A stretch of 64,000 bases of DNA from the NCBI GenBank assembly GCA_002633005.1, contig NMRA01000231.1:314082-378081 (forward strand). The letters run 5' to 3'. The notes beneath the pieces were generated by a model. The model did no database searches, was not told where the DNA came from, and saw nothing but the letters and a program-made list of their open reading frames with translations. Made by a program: the position numbers and the translations under genes. Below are positions 12,190 through 26,034 of this stretch, in pieces. Source of the DNA: Phoronis australis. Its lineage: Eukaryota > Animalia > Phoronida. Numbering within the stretch: position 1 is the first letter of the stretch; the number at the start of each line of letters is the position of its first letter.

Positions 12190-13640
12190 GCTGCACGTCG
12201 ATTACTGAAGCCTGCAGGAAAGTCACTACCATCGACTGCCGGGTGCCCTTGAAATTAAGTCTGGTCACTGTGACTTTTTGTCTTTTATGTCATGTTGCAG
12301 ACCAGTCTGTGTTACATACTCTAAATCAAGTGTCTGGGAGATTGCTTCGCAGGCAACTTGTTGCTTATTTCAACGACATTCTTAGTAACTTGACCTATCT
12401 GTATGCATTTAGAAAAGGTTATGGTTGCCAAGACTTATAAGGTCTATTAAGGTTTATTGCCTCAGTATCCACTCGGCTGATCGATCGACTTGTCAAAAGC
12501 ATTTGACTGCCTTCAACATAAGTTAGGTTGTTCACAAGACGCCCCACTGAAAGTTAAGACTGCACGTGAATAAGGTAATTGACACCTCCGGTTCCAAAAG
12601 GGATCCCCAAGGTTTTGTTTTTATTTATGATGTTGTGTCTCTACTTAGTGGTAAATGCAATCTGTACAACTATGCATGCAGATGGCAAGACACTATAGTA
12701 CACATTGACAACTCTATTGAAAATATTACAGGCTCATTGAACATATTGCTTTAGCTTAGTTTAATGTCAACCATATGTATGCAAACTACAGAAAAAACCC
12801 AGGCCATGGTTTTCAGTAAAGAACCCTTACTTGACCGTCGCTTCCTTCAATTTAGCGTGTGCCAGGTCTGTTAAGCTTCTAGGTGTTACTGTAGAAGGCA
12901 AACTCAGTTTCCATTGTCATGTTGATAACATCGCTAACAAGTCATCCGGCATTTGTTGCCATTTGCTAGACATTGACATCAAGTCAGAAACTATATTTTG
13001 CCTTTGTTAGGCCCTTTTTATCTAATGTCCCTTTGTTCCTTAGTTTGGTGTGTCGTATCCAGAGGAGTAGAAAGCATATAGAGAAAGTCTAATGGCCTTA
13101 AGGTTTCTCTTTAATGAGTTCCTCGTATTCAGCATTGTCATTTGGGGCAAACTCAATCACGCTGCCAGAATGAAATTACTAGGGATTGAAGTTTTCAAAC
13201 ATGTGAAGGGTAATCATGGTCCTTGTTCAGTGCAAAAGTTCACTATTCGGAAGCTGCCCTTTAATGTCAGGGGGGACGACCTATAGTTGACGGTTGCACG
13301 GCTCCGGCAATACGACAACTTATCAGGGGACAAACTCGATTAAACAAATGTGTTACGTGTTGTGTACTGATTTAGGCACTTTCAGCGGTAGACTGGAAAG
13401 TTTTTTGTTTTTTGAAACAGGAATGTATCTGTCAGCACTTCATGTATAATTATGTCTTTTGATAAGTGAAGTAAGATATAACTGTCAATGTAATATACGT
13501 TTCATTGTATAAATCTCATCTACTGCATCTTTGTATAGTCTCCTCATATTTTATCGGTTTACTAGCACTTATGCTAATGGTGTCTTGTTTTGCTTTGTCC
13601 TTCACTGAAGTGAAATAAGCATTTTACTTACGTACTCACT
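12190..13640 (+). mobile_element. Degenerate non-LTR retrotransposon (CR1/L2-group) reverse transcriptase and 3' end
   Basis: Broken motifs in the expected order: KAFD (~12497), GIPQG-like (~12600), YADD-like (~12671), KLLGVT..KLSFHCHVDN (~12873); ends in an AATAA plus (TACT)-like tail. Confidence 0.65.
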
Positions 13641-13884
13641 AACACTAAGCCGACAGTCGTGGTACTATATGACGTCACTGCATGTCTCTAATCGTTCAAC
13701 ACTATCTGACGGGATCGAGCATGGTACGATGTAGGGTAGAATACAAAAACCAAAACACATTTGTTAGCGTTTAAGCGGTAACAGTTTCGCAACATAGAAA
13801 ACTGTCACTAAGTATTCGTGGCGAATGTTTCTTTAAGTTGGGGTTTGTGTATTTAAGTGCTTACTAGTCATGTACATGTGGTGC

Positions 13885-15652
13885 CTGCAGGACTTTAGTT
13901 GACCCAAACGTTGTAGGCCGAAAAATTGTTAAGACTTCATAGCACGGGGCAGATTGGTTAATTTCGTTTTCTTACGCCATGCCTGCAAGCGGTGCGATAA
14001 GCGGTGCAGTTCTCGGAACTTAGAACATTTAAAGCCCCCCGCCTGTGCACCGAGACGCACGTCTTTCGTAACCGGCAAACAATGGCCGATGAACAGTGCT
14101 TTTCTTGGGACTTAAAACTTTTAGAAATTCGCAAATACCATCCCGGGAACTGGCCTGGCTGTGGACATAAGGCGCAACACGGGAAAGCAAACATACCGAA
14201 ATTGAAGTAAGCGCCTCTTGGCCCGTGCGGCACAAGCTCCTGCGTGGTCACCGCGTGATGCAACTCCACAGCCGTTGATATGCACCGTGTATAGGCCATT
14301 GCTACCTGTTTCAGAAGGTCTTCTTGTGCTAACAGAGGGTCTTGAAGTTTTTTCTAAGTTCCGAGAAAATTGCACTGTTTATCGCCAATTATTACCTATT
14401 TCATAAATGGGTCTTTGAATTTTTTTAAGTAGGCTGGAGAAAAGCACCGATCGGTAATTGTTATCGGCCCCTCTCAGTTCTGCAAAAGGCAGACCTGCGG
14501 CCGGGGGTGGCCACTCAAGTATTACCAATCGGCCGGGTGGGCATGCATTAAGACAACCTCAGTCGGCAGGCAAACAGCCCGAAATTGAATTTGAACAAGC
14601 GCAAGCTGGTCGGAATGGCAAGCTCCCGCGTGGTCGCCTCGAGATGCAGTTCACAGCCGTAGCGGCACATGTACCTCTCCGGTTTGGCTTCTGCAAAATT
14701 AAAAAGATATTCAAATTCCCAGAAAAGCACAGTATTTCGTCCATTGTGACCGGTTTCGACTAGGGTGCCTTGTGTAGAACCATTGCACGTAGAACCGTTG
14801 GTCACTAGGGTGCGACTCAGAACAGGATACTGCAAGAACACCCGAAATCTAGTAGCCGATCGACCAAACCGTGGGCAGGGCAACCGCGGCAAGCAAACAC
14901 CCCGAAATTAAACTTGAATAAGCCCAAACTGTCCAGTGTGGCAAGCTCAGTCCCGCGTGCTCGCCTTGCACTACAGTCCACAGTCAGGTCTGTCACTGTC
15001 GGGCTGGCCTCTGCGAATTTTCCAAGTCCCAAAAGCACCGTTTATCGGCCATTGTCACCACTTTCAGAAATGGACATTAAAATTTTTTTCCCGAGAAAAT
15101 CATCGTTTATCAGCCAGTGTTATTGGCATTGTTAGAAGTAGCTTTTTTGCAAAGTGCAGGGGCGAACCACTACAGCGGTCGGCAGTGGTCGAGAACCTGA
15201 TACGTCAACCTGGACAAGCGTACAACCCGAAGGCAAAATTACTGAGCCGTAGTACAAGATGCCGTGCCACAGCGCAGTGGCATATCATCGAGGGTTGCAC
15301 CCTGCGTTTGCCAGGCGGTAGAACGCCACGCCTGAAGTTGACGAAACTGCTAGTGGCAGTGCTTTTTTCCCACCTTTCTCCGCCGACCGAGAAACGGTCG
15401 TGCTAGCGGGCGGTGTGCATAAATGATTGAATTTGGCGCAGGATTCTTGGGTGGATCAGGATATGATCATTTTCCTAGCCCATAAAATAGTGAATCTAAG
15501 ACGTACCGCTCTAAATCGTTCCAAATATACTAAGCAGGTAAGCTAGAGAGTTCTGATTTTACCAGAAACTGACTAGGCATTGGTTTAGTCTGATCGTACT
15601 CGGCACATAAATGACGCGCCGCGACAAGCCAACTTATAGTACCTGTCCACAG
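13885..15652. mobile_element. GC-rich putative non-autonomous DNA element with internal degenerate tandem repeats
   Basis: Imperfect inverted ends CCTGCAGGACTTTAGTTG / CAACTTATAGTACCTGTCCACAGG; recurring GCAAACA..CCGAAATT units at ~14188, ~14570 and ~14893. Confidence 0.45.
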
Positions 15653-18600
15653 GTCAGCTACATGTATGAGCAGTAACTGCCAGTTCTCTCAAGCTCCGAA
15701 GACCAAGACCAATGACTTTTATGAGGGTAACATGTACGTGTAAATCAAAAGTTGTTATACGATGATGCAGTAAGTTTATTAGCCAGCCTTTCAGAAATAG
15801 GTATAATAATTTGGTTACCACGGCATTAGTCCGTATACCGAGGAACCGTCGTGTGATTCGAATGAAAATCACTGATGTATTTTGCTGCCTAAAATCAGGC
15901 TTGTGAATATTTTTCGTCAACTTAACGTCACCAGTGTTTCTTACTTGCTAAAGGTAACTGTCGTGAGTGTTCATCCCTGAGACATAAATACCTCATACGT
16001 GTAGTTGCAGTTACATTTTGAACAAAGCTTATGCATCTTTAAAAAGTTTTTCGTCAACTTTACACCGAACGTTTTTCTACACAAAAATGCTCATGCAACC
16101 AAAATGATGACCATACATGTTTGCTAGGCTCATTTGATAGTTCGACGACAGTGCTTTCGAAAAGTAGGCCTGCAGAGGAAATGCAGCGTTTTCGACATTT
16201 GTTTTTTCAAAGACAGCGCTACACGTCATATACACAAAGAAAAGTGACCATCTAAGACAGTAAAGGTAACGAGATCTGTAAAACGCTTGTCATTTGAAAA
16301 AGTATGTCAAGCAGACATCCAAATGCAGTTTACCGTTATTGTACAATAGACGCGAGTGAACAGGTAGCACCTGCCAGCTTACCGAAGCAGACGAAAGCTC
16401 TGATTGGCAATTTCTGGAGTATAGATCAGGACGATTTGTAACTCTCAAGTCTATACGCTCTGAGATACAATCAACATCAATTTTTGTTATCCATTAAATG
16501 GCCCATGTTACGTTCTTCTCATTTATTTTGTCAGTGGGTACCAAAACTTACGGTATTGAAGGTACCGACAGACGGTGCTCTCGCAGGATATAATTATTGT
16601 TTAAAATGAAATGTTGATTACTGGGTAAAATGTAAAATTTAAAACATATTCTAAGTTGTAGCAAGGTATAGCTTTTACTGAAGCTAAATGTGTTCATCTT
16701 ATTCCAGGAATCTCAAAGTTTGACTTGAAGTGCGTAATAGTTATAAAACTGCCACTGTTGACTTGTAGGCCTCCTGCAGAGAAGAAAGGCTCTCGAATTT
16801 TAGGACCGAACACAACAATTGGGCAAGTCTCGTAGGGCTGAAGGTGCTGTGCAAAGCTGAAGAACGAATTAAAGATAGTGTTTCTAGTTTTTGTTCTTTT
16901 TTCTACAATGGAAAATCTTCACTTTAAAAAGTGTTTAAATATAGTATGCAATACATGTAGTTAAATAAGAAATGCTCTCATTCTGTGGAGCATGCAAAGA
17001 CTACAAGTGTGTCAACTGTAGAGAGTGAAACATTTCGTCCATCGTTTGGTATTTTTCCTACCCGTGGCTGACAAATGCAGCTTTATTTGTGATTCTTTGA
17101 ATACCACCTCTGAACGCGACCAGTTCCCAGTAGAACTGTTTTCTGGTATCCATGTTTCATTTTATTAATATGGATATTCTAAATACAGAAAACGTTCAGA
17201 AGTGCCAGTTAAAAGCAATCGCGTAACTATCTCAAGGATTAATTTGAACTGCTAATCTTTAAGCGTTGCGTGGAACCAGTTTCTTGCGAGAAAAGCAACA
17301 TCCCGCAAAAGTTCGTAAAATCATCCAATCGCAAGAAGAGTGTTTTGCGAGTATGCTCGGGATCTTAATAATCTATCATGGCAAGATAACGACCACTGAA
17401 ATGATTGGTTCGTGAGGTTGTGGGATTGAGTTCATTGTTTCGTTCCGTAAGTGAAGATTTATCTCCGCAAAGGCAAGCTAATGTCTTATGATGTGCAGAA
17501 CTCAGCCCTTGGAAAGTCCCAACAGAGGGAACCGCTGTACCCAGTGTCTTGGTTCATACTATTCCACAGGTAGAAACAGTTTAGGAAATAAGAAATAAAA
17601 TTACCACATGGTGACACAGCGGTAATCGGATCCACCCGAAAGAATTCCCCATGCCAACATTTTCACCGACGTCCATAGAAATTCATTTGTCAGATTTTAC
17701 TGAGATCATTCAAGGGCATTAAAATATTCAAACACAAATGCAATGAAATTCTACTAGAGGCACTACAATAGTAAGATCCTTCCAAAATCAGTTATATTCA
17801 TACTTTTGTCAGTAGGATTGCTTACCAATTATCAATAACTATTATTTAGAGGTTTTGGCGGTTGCAGAATTGTACGGAAAAAATCGATGAAAAAAAGACT
17901 GGTCATCAGGTGGCACAAAACTTAACGAATCGTTCCTAAAATGGAAGGGCGTTGTCGTCTCATTTAGAAATCTTTTTGCCAAATTTCACGAAAATCCGTC
18001 GAAAAGCTATGAAAATACAGCGTGGCCATCTTCAGCAGGGACACATCTGCCATTTTTTAATGATCATTTGAACGGTTTGACGGAAGAGAAGCGGATGCCA
18101 AAAACATTCAAAATTACAAAATGTCCACTAGGTCAATAGTCCACAAAATGTCGAATCCATCTAAAAAGGGACCGTCGTCTCCTTTATAGACACCTATTTG
18201 CTAAATGCCATAAAACTCCATCAAAAACATCAACCGTAAAAAATAAACAAAATCTACGTTGGAGACACAGCTGTGGTGTTGTAGTAAGGTTCATAGCAAC
18301 ACAACTGCCAAATCTCATACGTTCCTGCAGGGAGTTCAGAAGATACAGTTCATACAAGCTGACGCCGGACGCCGTGGCAGAGTTGGCGGTATTATGCATC
18401 CACATACGTATACTTATGTGTGCCAAACAACAGATGATTTGGAAAACGTTGAATTTGACGCCTTGTTAGTCTTCGATCCAAGGGCGAGCTACACTCTTTC
18501 TCACTGCCACGAGGTGGAATTTCGCAGTTACAAACACTGTAGCTGGGTTCCGTGCAAACGGCAACAGCAACAACGACGACAGTTTAAAATTTATATATTT

Positions 18601-18755
18601 ATATAATTCCAATTATAAGCAAATAAATGTCTGTTTTCTATTTATTGCAAGTAATTACGTTCATTTTGGTAATTATTAATCTACCGTAAAACGGAAGAAT
18701 TTGTATACAATTGAAAATGAACACGATGGTTGTAAAATTCTAGCAATGTCCCCAG

Positions 18756-18952
18756 TTAGTTCTCCGGGAGACATTTATATTCTCCATAAGCCACGATCCT
18801 CCTCTTGGACACTGCTATGGGAACCACTGGCTTGACTGGCCCAATTACTGGAGTATCCACCTGTGTGCAGCGAGTGTCCTTAACGCAGCCACACGAGTCC
18901 AAGCGCATCCCGGCACAGCTACCCTCCTCTGGGATGTAGTTCATACACCGTC
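18756..18952 (-). CDS. Secreted 10-Cys peptide, exon 3
   Basis: TTTTAG acceptor (phase 1); RCMNYIPEEGSC...DSCGCVKDTRC...YKCLPEN*; AATAAA on the minus strand at 18641-18646. Confidence 0.88.
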
Positions 18953-19403
18953 CTAAAAGAGGTCACTGCGAGATGGAGTCGCGTGATAATCAACGTGTAG
19001 GGTCTGCATGATGTAGTGCAATTTTTGCGAGATCATGAAAAATCATTCATGTGGAACACTAGTCTTTCGTATAGACTCTATTAGCATTCAAGTGAACACC
19101 GGGGAAACACCCAGACCATTTGGTATGATTTTTACCATACTAAGCTTCGTTCTGATTTGTATTTTAATGTTTTAAATTGTCTCTTATTTGTCTCACATTC
19201 TGCAATCTTCTGTACCATATAGTTTTGTTCATTTCAATGGCGCACTCCTTCTTTTTTGAAAACATATATATGAGATACGGAAATAGAAGCAGACTGTGTT
19301 GTACGATAAACCAAAACAAGTGTTCTGCTCAAATGACATTGCGAATTCTGGCCAGCGGCGGCCACAACCCGCGTTTATTGTCTGGATCACGACTCAAGTT
19401 ACG

Positions 19404-20712
19404 CCAGTTAGGTTATGAAAGCATGATTTTTACGTTCAGATTATCTGGTTACACCCCATCAATGATTGACCAAGGATGAACCAGATGTTGTTCACAAGAC
19501 TTTAACCCTGATAGAAGCCGGATACAAGACCAGTGAAAGACGAGCGTTTCGCTTGTATGTTAGGGACCTTACTTCTCAAATGATTGGTCCTCGAGGCTAA
19601 AATGCTGCACGATCCTGAGTAGTAAATCCCGACAAGCATCTGCTGAGCTCAGATTTGAAACAACGTTAGACTACCCCGCATATTCCGGATTAATTTCAGC
19701 TTAGATTCAAATTTCAGAACGAAACACGCAAGAAGCGTAAGTTTGGAGCTATCAGCCATCAAAACACCTGGATCTGATCTAAATATGATAAGTTATGAAC
19801 ATAAGGTTATATCTACTCAACCATAAAACACGCGGAGGATTATGACAACGGGGGGGGGAGTCTGGGTATCGCACAGGGTAAAGTCGAGATTTAGTTGTGA
19901 GTCAGAACGAGCTTAACCCTGGATGCTTTTTGCTACAGTACTCTTTTAAAGTGGATGGTAAGCGCTTAAAAACGAAAGGTTTCGAAAGTTGGAGATGGAT
20001 GTTTACCCAAATAGAGGAATTTGCTGGCTTAAATACATTTACTATGCTTGCACNACCCCAGTTAGGTTATGAAAGCATGATTTTTACGTTCAGATTATCT
20101 GGTTACACCCCATCAATGATTGACCAAGGATGAACCAGGTGTCAGAATTGTTCACAAGACTTTAACCCTGATAGAAGCCGGATACAAGACCAGTGAAAGA
20201 CGAGCGTTTCGCTTGTATGTTAGGGACCTTACTTCTCAAATGATTGGTCCTCGAGGCTAAAATGCTGCACGATCTGAGTAGTAAATCCCGACAAGCATCT
20301 GCTGAGCTCAGATTTGAAACAACGTTAGACTACCCCGCATATTCCGGATTAATTTCAGCTTAGATTCAAATTTCAGAACGAAACACGCAAGAAGCGTAAG
20401 TTTGGAGCTGTCAGCCATCAAAACACCTGGATCTGATCTAAATATGATAAGTTATGAACATAAGGTTATATCTACTCAACCATAAAACACGCGGAGGATT
20501 ATGACAACGGGGGGGGGAGTCTGGGTATCGCACAGGGTAAAGTCGAGATTTAGTTGTGAGTCAGAACGAGCTTAACCCTGGATGCTTTTTGCCACAGTAC
20601 TCTTTTAAAGTGGATGGTAAGCGCTTAAAAACGAAAGGTTTCGAAAGTTGGAGATGGATGTTTACCCAAATAGAGGAATTTGCTGGCTCAAATACATTTA
20701 CTATGCTTGCAC
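19404..20712. repeat. Tandem ~650-bp duplication (19404-20053 vs 20058-20712), probably a haplotype/assembly overlap
   Basis: Joined at a single N (20054); near-identical apart from a few SNPs and a short indel. Confidence 0.85.
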
Positions 20713-21527
20713 ACGAGCATGGTAAAAGAACGCCCGTGAACTAAAACAACAATTTCACATCGATTCCGCACATAGTAGTGACTTTGAAAGGGCGTGACTG
20801 ACGACTTGCAAATACCATTTTTGGGGTGTGCAAATATTTAACGAAGGAATAAACTAAACATCTCTTTAAAAATGTGTAACTTACTACCCGAATATGACAT
20901 GATGCAGTTGGCACTGAATATCACAACCAAAATACAAGCCAGCTACGTATCTTCTGCTGTCAAAATTCTCGCAAGACAGGTGCACTGCCATGGTCATGAA
21001 AATCTGACTCGCATAAATTGAGAGTAGGCGTTAAGACGAACATGGGATTGACGCGGACGAGTATACGGTAGATGGCAGTGGAAAATCAGACAAAGGTGTG
21101 TTCCCTCATAGAATCTTATTCATAAGTGGTCACCGTCTGTAGAGGTTTTACGTTTGGTGAATCAGTTCATTAGGGTATAGGTTTGACAGATATGTTACGC
21201 TCACACTGTAACGGATATTTTCAATTTATAAATGTACCCTTGTAGGCTACTTAAACAGTAGTTGTCAAAATTCTTAGCAGTTTGTACTTTAAAATTTCAT
21301 TTCTCACAAAAAGCTTGAATCGGAGATTCAAAAGGTGTACTCTGATTTTGACTGAAGTCAACCCAGTCCCATATATCTACTCAGTGCTAGCCAGGACTTC
21401 AATTTGCATACACCTACAACGTGTTACATGTTCAAATCCAAACATTTGTTCTCCAGTGCTGGGGGTTACCGATCGAATTTTATTCAAGATGAAATTTGAT
21501 GAATTTGCTGTGACCACGTTCACTTAC

Positions 21528-21678
21528 TAACAGGCTCCAGTAGTCCTATCTGCCTTTTGCGTCGACTGGCAATCAATCCACTAAAATCGAGTTTACAACA
21601 CTGTCCTTCCTTGCAGTCGGCCGCTGTGTCGCACTCGTGCTTAACCGTGGGAGGTGTAAGCTTAATGGGAACGTCAAC
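21528..21678 (-). CDS. Secreted 10-Cys peptide, exon 2
   Basis: CCAG acceptor; ECDTAADCKEGQCC (C-x5-C-x4-CC) then SRRKR; donor A|GTAAGT (phase 1). Confidence 0.88.
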
Positions 21679-23307
21679 CTGGACAAACGTAAGGTTCAGG
21701 TACAGTAAAGACAAAAATAATCAGACAAAACACCGTTTCCCAGTGACGACGGCTAATTCTTTTAATAGTAGAAATTACCGGACGTTAATATTCTTAATTA
21801 CAAAAGCGCTTAGCCATACTTCTTACTAACATTTTGTGAATACCCTTCGCTTAAGGTCACGAGGAAGACTTTTCTGAAGCTGTATTGGGCTTCCACTTAG
21901 ACACCATGGCGAGGAATTCCGGTCATTTTGTTTCAATATTTTGACTTTTACTGGAGTGATAATATTGAGAGCACATAATGAATATTGCTCTGGAAGACCG
22001 ACAATTGACAATAGATAAACATAAACTTCTGAGATTCCCCCATTGTAGCTCCGTTATGAAAGCACCCTCGACACTGCAATTCAGACAAGTTCCAGTAAAA
22101 GACAAGTAATTGTACTTTGACATACTTACACAAATAAGTACATTTCAAATTTCGTTAGCGTCCGTAACAACTTCGACAAAAGTTATCGGTTGTATACTGC
22201 ACTCAGCGACATTAGGAAAGATAGTAGGCTGCCCATACAAAAAAGCATACAAACCCTTCCAGGAATCTTTTTAGGAAAGTGGTTCGAAAAAACGATAGTC
22301 TTTCGGAAACTTGTTTTACTTACCGTACATTCATGATCAATCATGGGACTTAAAATACTAGCAAACGGTCTTTTTGTGGACAGAGTTTATAATAAAGGAG
22401 CGAGAATTAATTAGACTGAGGAAGGAGTTTTTCGGCGAAAGCTCTTGCTCTTTAACATTAATGTCCACATAAGATTCCTATGCATGTACGTATAAAAAAA
22501 TCAATTCACGGAGTTCAACAATCTGCATTTTAAGAATTCACGCCGTCCGTGTTGAACTGTATTTTGTAACACCTCATCGTGGGCGTACATTATGACGTAA
22601 TGATTTTGGAAAAGGGACATTCATCCATGAAATCAATGAAGTTGGGCTAATCAACAAGAGGGTATGGAAATTAAGTTTGGATAATGGACAACGCGCCGTT
22701 TGAATAATAATACAAGCTGCAGTTGTCGTTTGGCGCTGATCGTGATGATGGGAATAGCAATGCCAGCACATGGAAACATGTAAATTGTACACCCAATCAT
22801 CTCAGAAAGATAACTGAAAAGGACAACGGCCTTAGATTACGGCGAATGAAATTGATGCATGTTTTATTTCAAACAACACGAACGGAACACTGGTGTTCTT
22901 TTCACGTGGCTCAACCACTTGCATTTTGTCTTTTTATCTTCACCGTTGGTGAGAGGATACGAGCGCTCAAAATCACCTGCAAAACCAACAGTTTTTGCAA
23001 ATACATCGTCGGCCGTGGGCCACAAGAGGTACATGTATATACAAATCCACAGAATGGATTTTCATAAAGGATTAAAACTAAAAATATTCCTCAACAGAAC
23101 AAACTTCAAAAGTTGACAGAACTATAAAGGTGCATGAATTGACGATAATGATGACATTGTGTACACTTATTTTAATAGGGTAAAAAGAGTGTGCGAACTT
23201 TACAAAAACAGTGATATGCAGTAAAGACCATTGATTCAAGGCACAAAAACTCAAATTTGTGAAAACAAATGCCAGTAACACACATTTCTTACAATGGATA
23301 TCAACAG

Positions 23308-23545
23308 CAGACGCGGATCTACAGGGGGAGTTCAGTGGGTTTAAACCCCCCCCTCGGGACAGGATTAAAAATAAAAACTGGAAAAAAAAATCGCCAGAAA
23401 AACGAAATTAGCTACTAAAAATCCCAAAAAATATTACACGGGAGGAGGGAAACCCTCTCGCGACCTTCCTGCTCCTCGGCGCTACGCGCCTCGGATTCTC
23501 TCGAATCCTAAACCCCCCCTTACTGAAATCGTAGATCTGCCACTG
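23308..23545. mobile_element. MITE of a CAGTGGCGGATCTA-terminus (hAT-like) family, copy 1
   Basis: Terminal inverted repeats CAGACGCGGATCTAC / GTAGATCTGCCACTG; AACAG on both flanks. Confidence 0.6.
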
Positions 23546-23951
23546 AACAGAACTGGAATCCTGAAGATTTCCCCAGTATGAGTTACCCTTTTTCATCATT
23601 CAATCCATATGTTAATGAGGATGACTTTGTGAACCATCTTAATTTCTGAACTTGTGATTGGTTAAAGAGGCAGCATACAGGGCCAGCTCTTGCTAAATTA
23701 TGGCCCAAAAATCTGATTTTTTTCGAAACAAACGTGCTACTTAAAATGTGAGACTTTTCGTATTCCAATTGTTTGACACTACAAATAGCAATACAAGAAA
23801 AAGGGCGTTGCCTCCAGGACATCGTCACGTGGCGAGGATACTTGAGCTACGGTTTGCAGCCTACTCTGTAGGTACATGACCGTGCTCACGTTTCTCAGCA
23901 TGACCCTACTTGTACTAGCTCCGTTTTGATATGCAAGTGCCAGGTTCCATT

Positions 23952-24089
23952 ACATGGGCGGCGCACCATAGGGGACTGGGGACTAAAGTCCAGACTTTTT
24001 ACAGTGCTGCACCGCTCATGGTCTATAGACGGTGAACTACAGGGGGCTGGGGCTTTAGCCCCCATTTTTTCTGTGCTTTGCCGCCCATG
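23952..24089. mobile_element. Short MITE (CATGGGCGGC termini)
   Basis: CATGGGCGGC...GCCGCCCATG inverted termini with CATTA duplicated on both sides. Confidence 0.6.
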
Positions 24090-24099
24090 CATTAGTTGT

Positions 24100-24760
24100 A
24101 TTTTACTTGGAACGATTATACCATTTTGGGTTTATTCAATGGTCGAGTGTGTATTTTCTAACTTTTCATTTTTATAAAGAACACAAATACAAAGACATTG
24201 AAGACAAAAATTATAAGCTATTCTAACTCACACCATAAACCACACATACGCATGCAACGAACTCAAGCAAGCACAAACACGCATACACACACACCCTTCC
24301 CCCTCAACATAACCACTCACTTTAGTAGGATGTTGTCAGGAAAAAGTTATGTTTAACCAGTTTCTCCAGGCTGCATGGTATTCAACTAAACTATTATTAT
24401 TTAATGACATTAATGTTTGAATATAAATATGACAGAAACTGGGATTATCTTTAATACTTAGATATGAAAATAACATATATTAATTGCATTAGAATCCAGT
24501 TCAAACTTTATCTTCATTATTTATGGACAAGCCAAAAATCATTGTTTTTTGTCAATGATCAAATTGTTACTTTTTAAAGACAGCACTTAACTGCGTAATT
24601 CTTCTACTAATATTTTTATATTATTGTATTTGTAACTGCACAACAATTTTCACAGGAATTTGTAACATCACATGTCAATCTTATGTTTTTAGCCATACAT
24701 CTCCCTTTTATAAATAACGTCTGACCCGGGAAATTATATGTCCATCTACATTGTACCTTT
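24100..24760 (-). mobile_element. Possible decayed 3' end of an L1/Tx1-type LINE
   Basis: Minus-strand remnants (MIFG..., WRNW) followed by a GT/T-rich tail; heavily degraded. Confidence 0.3.
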
Positions 24761-25298
24761 CTCATTCACTTAGAAATACACCCGGATGCCAACTTGTAAA
24801 CAACTGTTGAGCTAAGGTATTGGTCTTCAGTTGTCGAAACTGAGATTTCCTTTTGATTGTCAGACTGGCATCATTCAAAAATCCGGAAAGAGCTACAACT
24901 GCACCAAAAATGCAAGACAAGTTTATATTGTGCTAATTAAAACCCGACGAGGTGCGTAACATGGAACGTACCATAGGCTTTGAGAATTAATCCATAAACA
25001 GTATTTGCTGACGAGTTAATAATTTTTCCAATGCTCATTAAAGACTATAGCTATAGCTTCCGAATGATCCTTATTACTTTTGCGGTAAAAAACCCTGAGA
25101 GCCGTTGTCGACACAGAATTGCCTCCTAAGAGATCGTTTCCGAAAGAGCTTGGTGAGCGATCCATCTGAAATCGCTGAGTGGGTGGGCCACGTAGTTTTT
25201 GGTTACAATGTAAATGTCCACAAAAGGAAGAATGGATTATAATCAACGAGCTATTGCACTTGTTGACTGCACGCGCTCGTACCTCGGTTCAGTCCTAC

Positions 25299-25346
25299 CT
25301 TGGCAAATGCCGCACCAACAAGAAGGAGAAGAAACCACCAACTCAT
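25299..25346 (-). CDS. Secreted 10-Cys colipase/prokineticin-fold peptide, exon 1 (signal peptide)
   Basis: ATG at 25346; MSWWFLLLLVGAAFAK; AAG|GTAGG donor (phase 0), compatible with exon 2. Confidence 0.8.
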
Positions 25347-25377
25347 GTTGAGAACTGCACAACGGAACGGATCGGTA

Positions 25378-25415
25378 TTGACTGAGCTTTCGATCAATGG
25401 TATCGCTCTATAAAG
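25378..25415 (-). promoter_or_regulatory. Candidate core promoter (TATA-like box plus Inr) of the Cys-rich peptide gene
   Basis: Minus-strand TTTATAGA about 30 nt upstream of the Inr-consensus TCAGTC (25385-25380), which is ~35 nt before the ATG. Confidence 0.45.
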
Positions 25416-26034
25416 ACATATGATTACCCTCTCACGACTGGCGCGTACCTGTTGGCGTAATATCTTTATCTAACCCACGCGATACGACAGCTGGTGTTGT
25501 ATGTTTGTACGCCCTTACTGAAGCTGACAAAGCCAACGGATCACAACGCAGTATTGGAATGATACGGCAGCGTTTTTATTTTGTCTACCAGTTCTTGATG
25601 ATGCCAGGCATCCAGGTTGTGATGAACGAGTTCTAACTATGGGCAGAATTGTCAAACCTTACTTTTTAACACTTTCAATGACTGCCTAATAATTATTTGA
25701 AAGCCAAGACAATGGATTGGAAGCAGACCAAGTTGAATTTAAAGAGAAACCAACTAGTAATTTTTGTCTTGAATATCAAACAATAATAGTTTCTTTATCC
25801 AACTAAGTGAGAAAATCGATAGCATTACCAATATCAAAACACGAGAAACTCGATACCATTACCAATATTAAAACACGAATTACAATTCATAAGCACCAAA
25901 ACAAATGCTTCTGCCAGTTCCAAGTCTCACACAATGTGCATAAGCGACATTTTTTAATTCTTAGGGAAGGCCAGTCCTAAAATAATCTGAGGCGTTTTCT
26001 CGAGTTGTTGGTGGTAAAGAATATTGTGTGACAA

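Noticed and set aside
19404-20712. Apparent 650-bp direct repeats suggesting LTRs or a duplicated gene
   Set aside because: The copies abut at a single N, have no internal domain and no TG..CA ends; best explained as an assembly overlap
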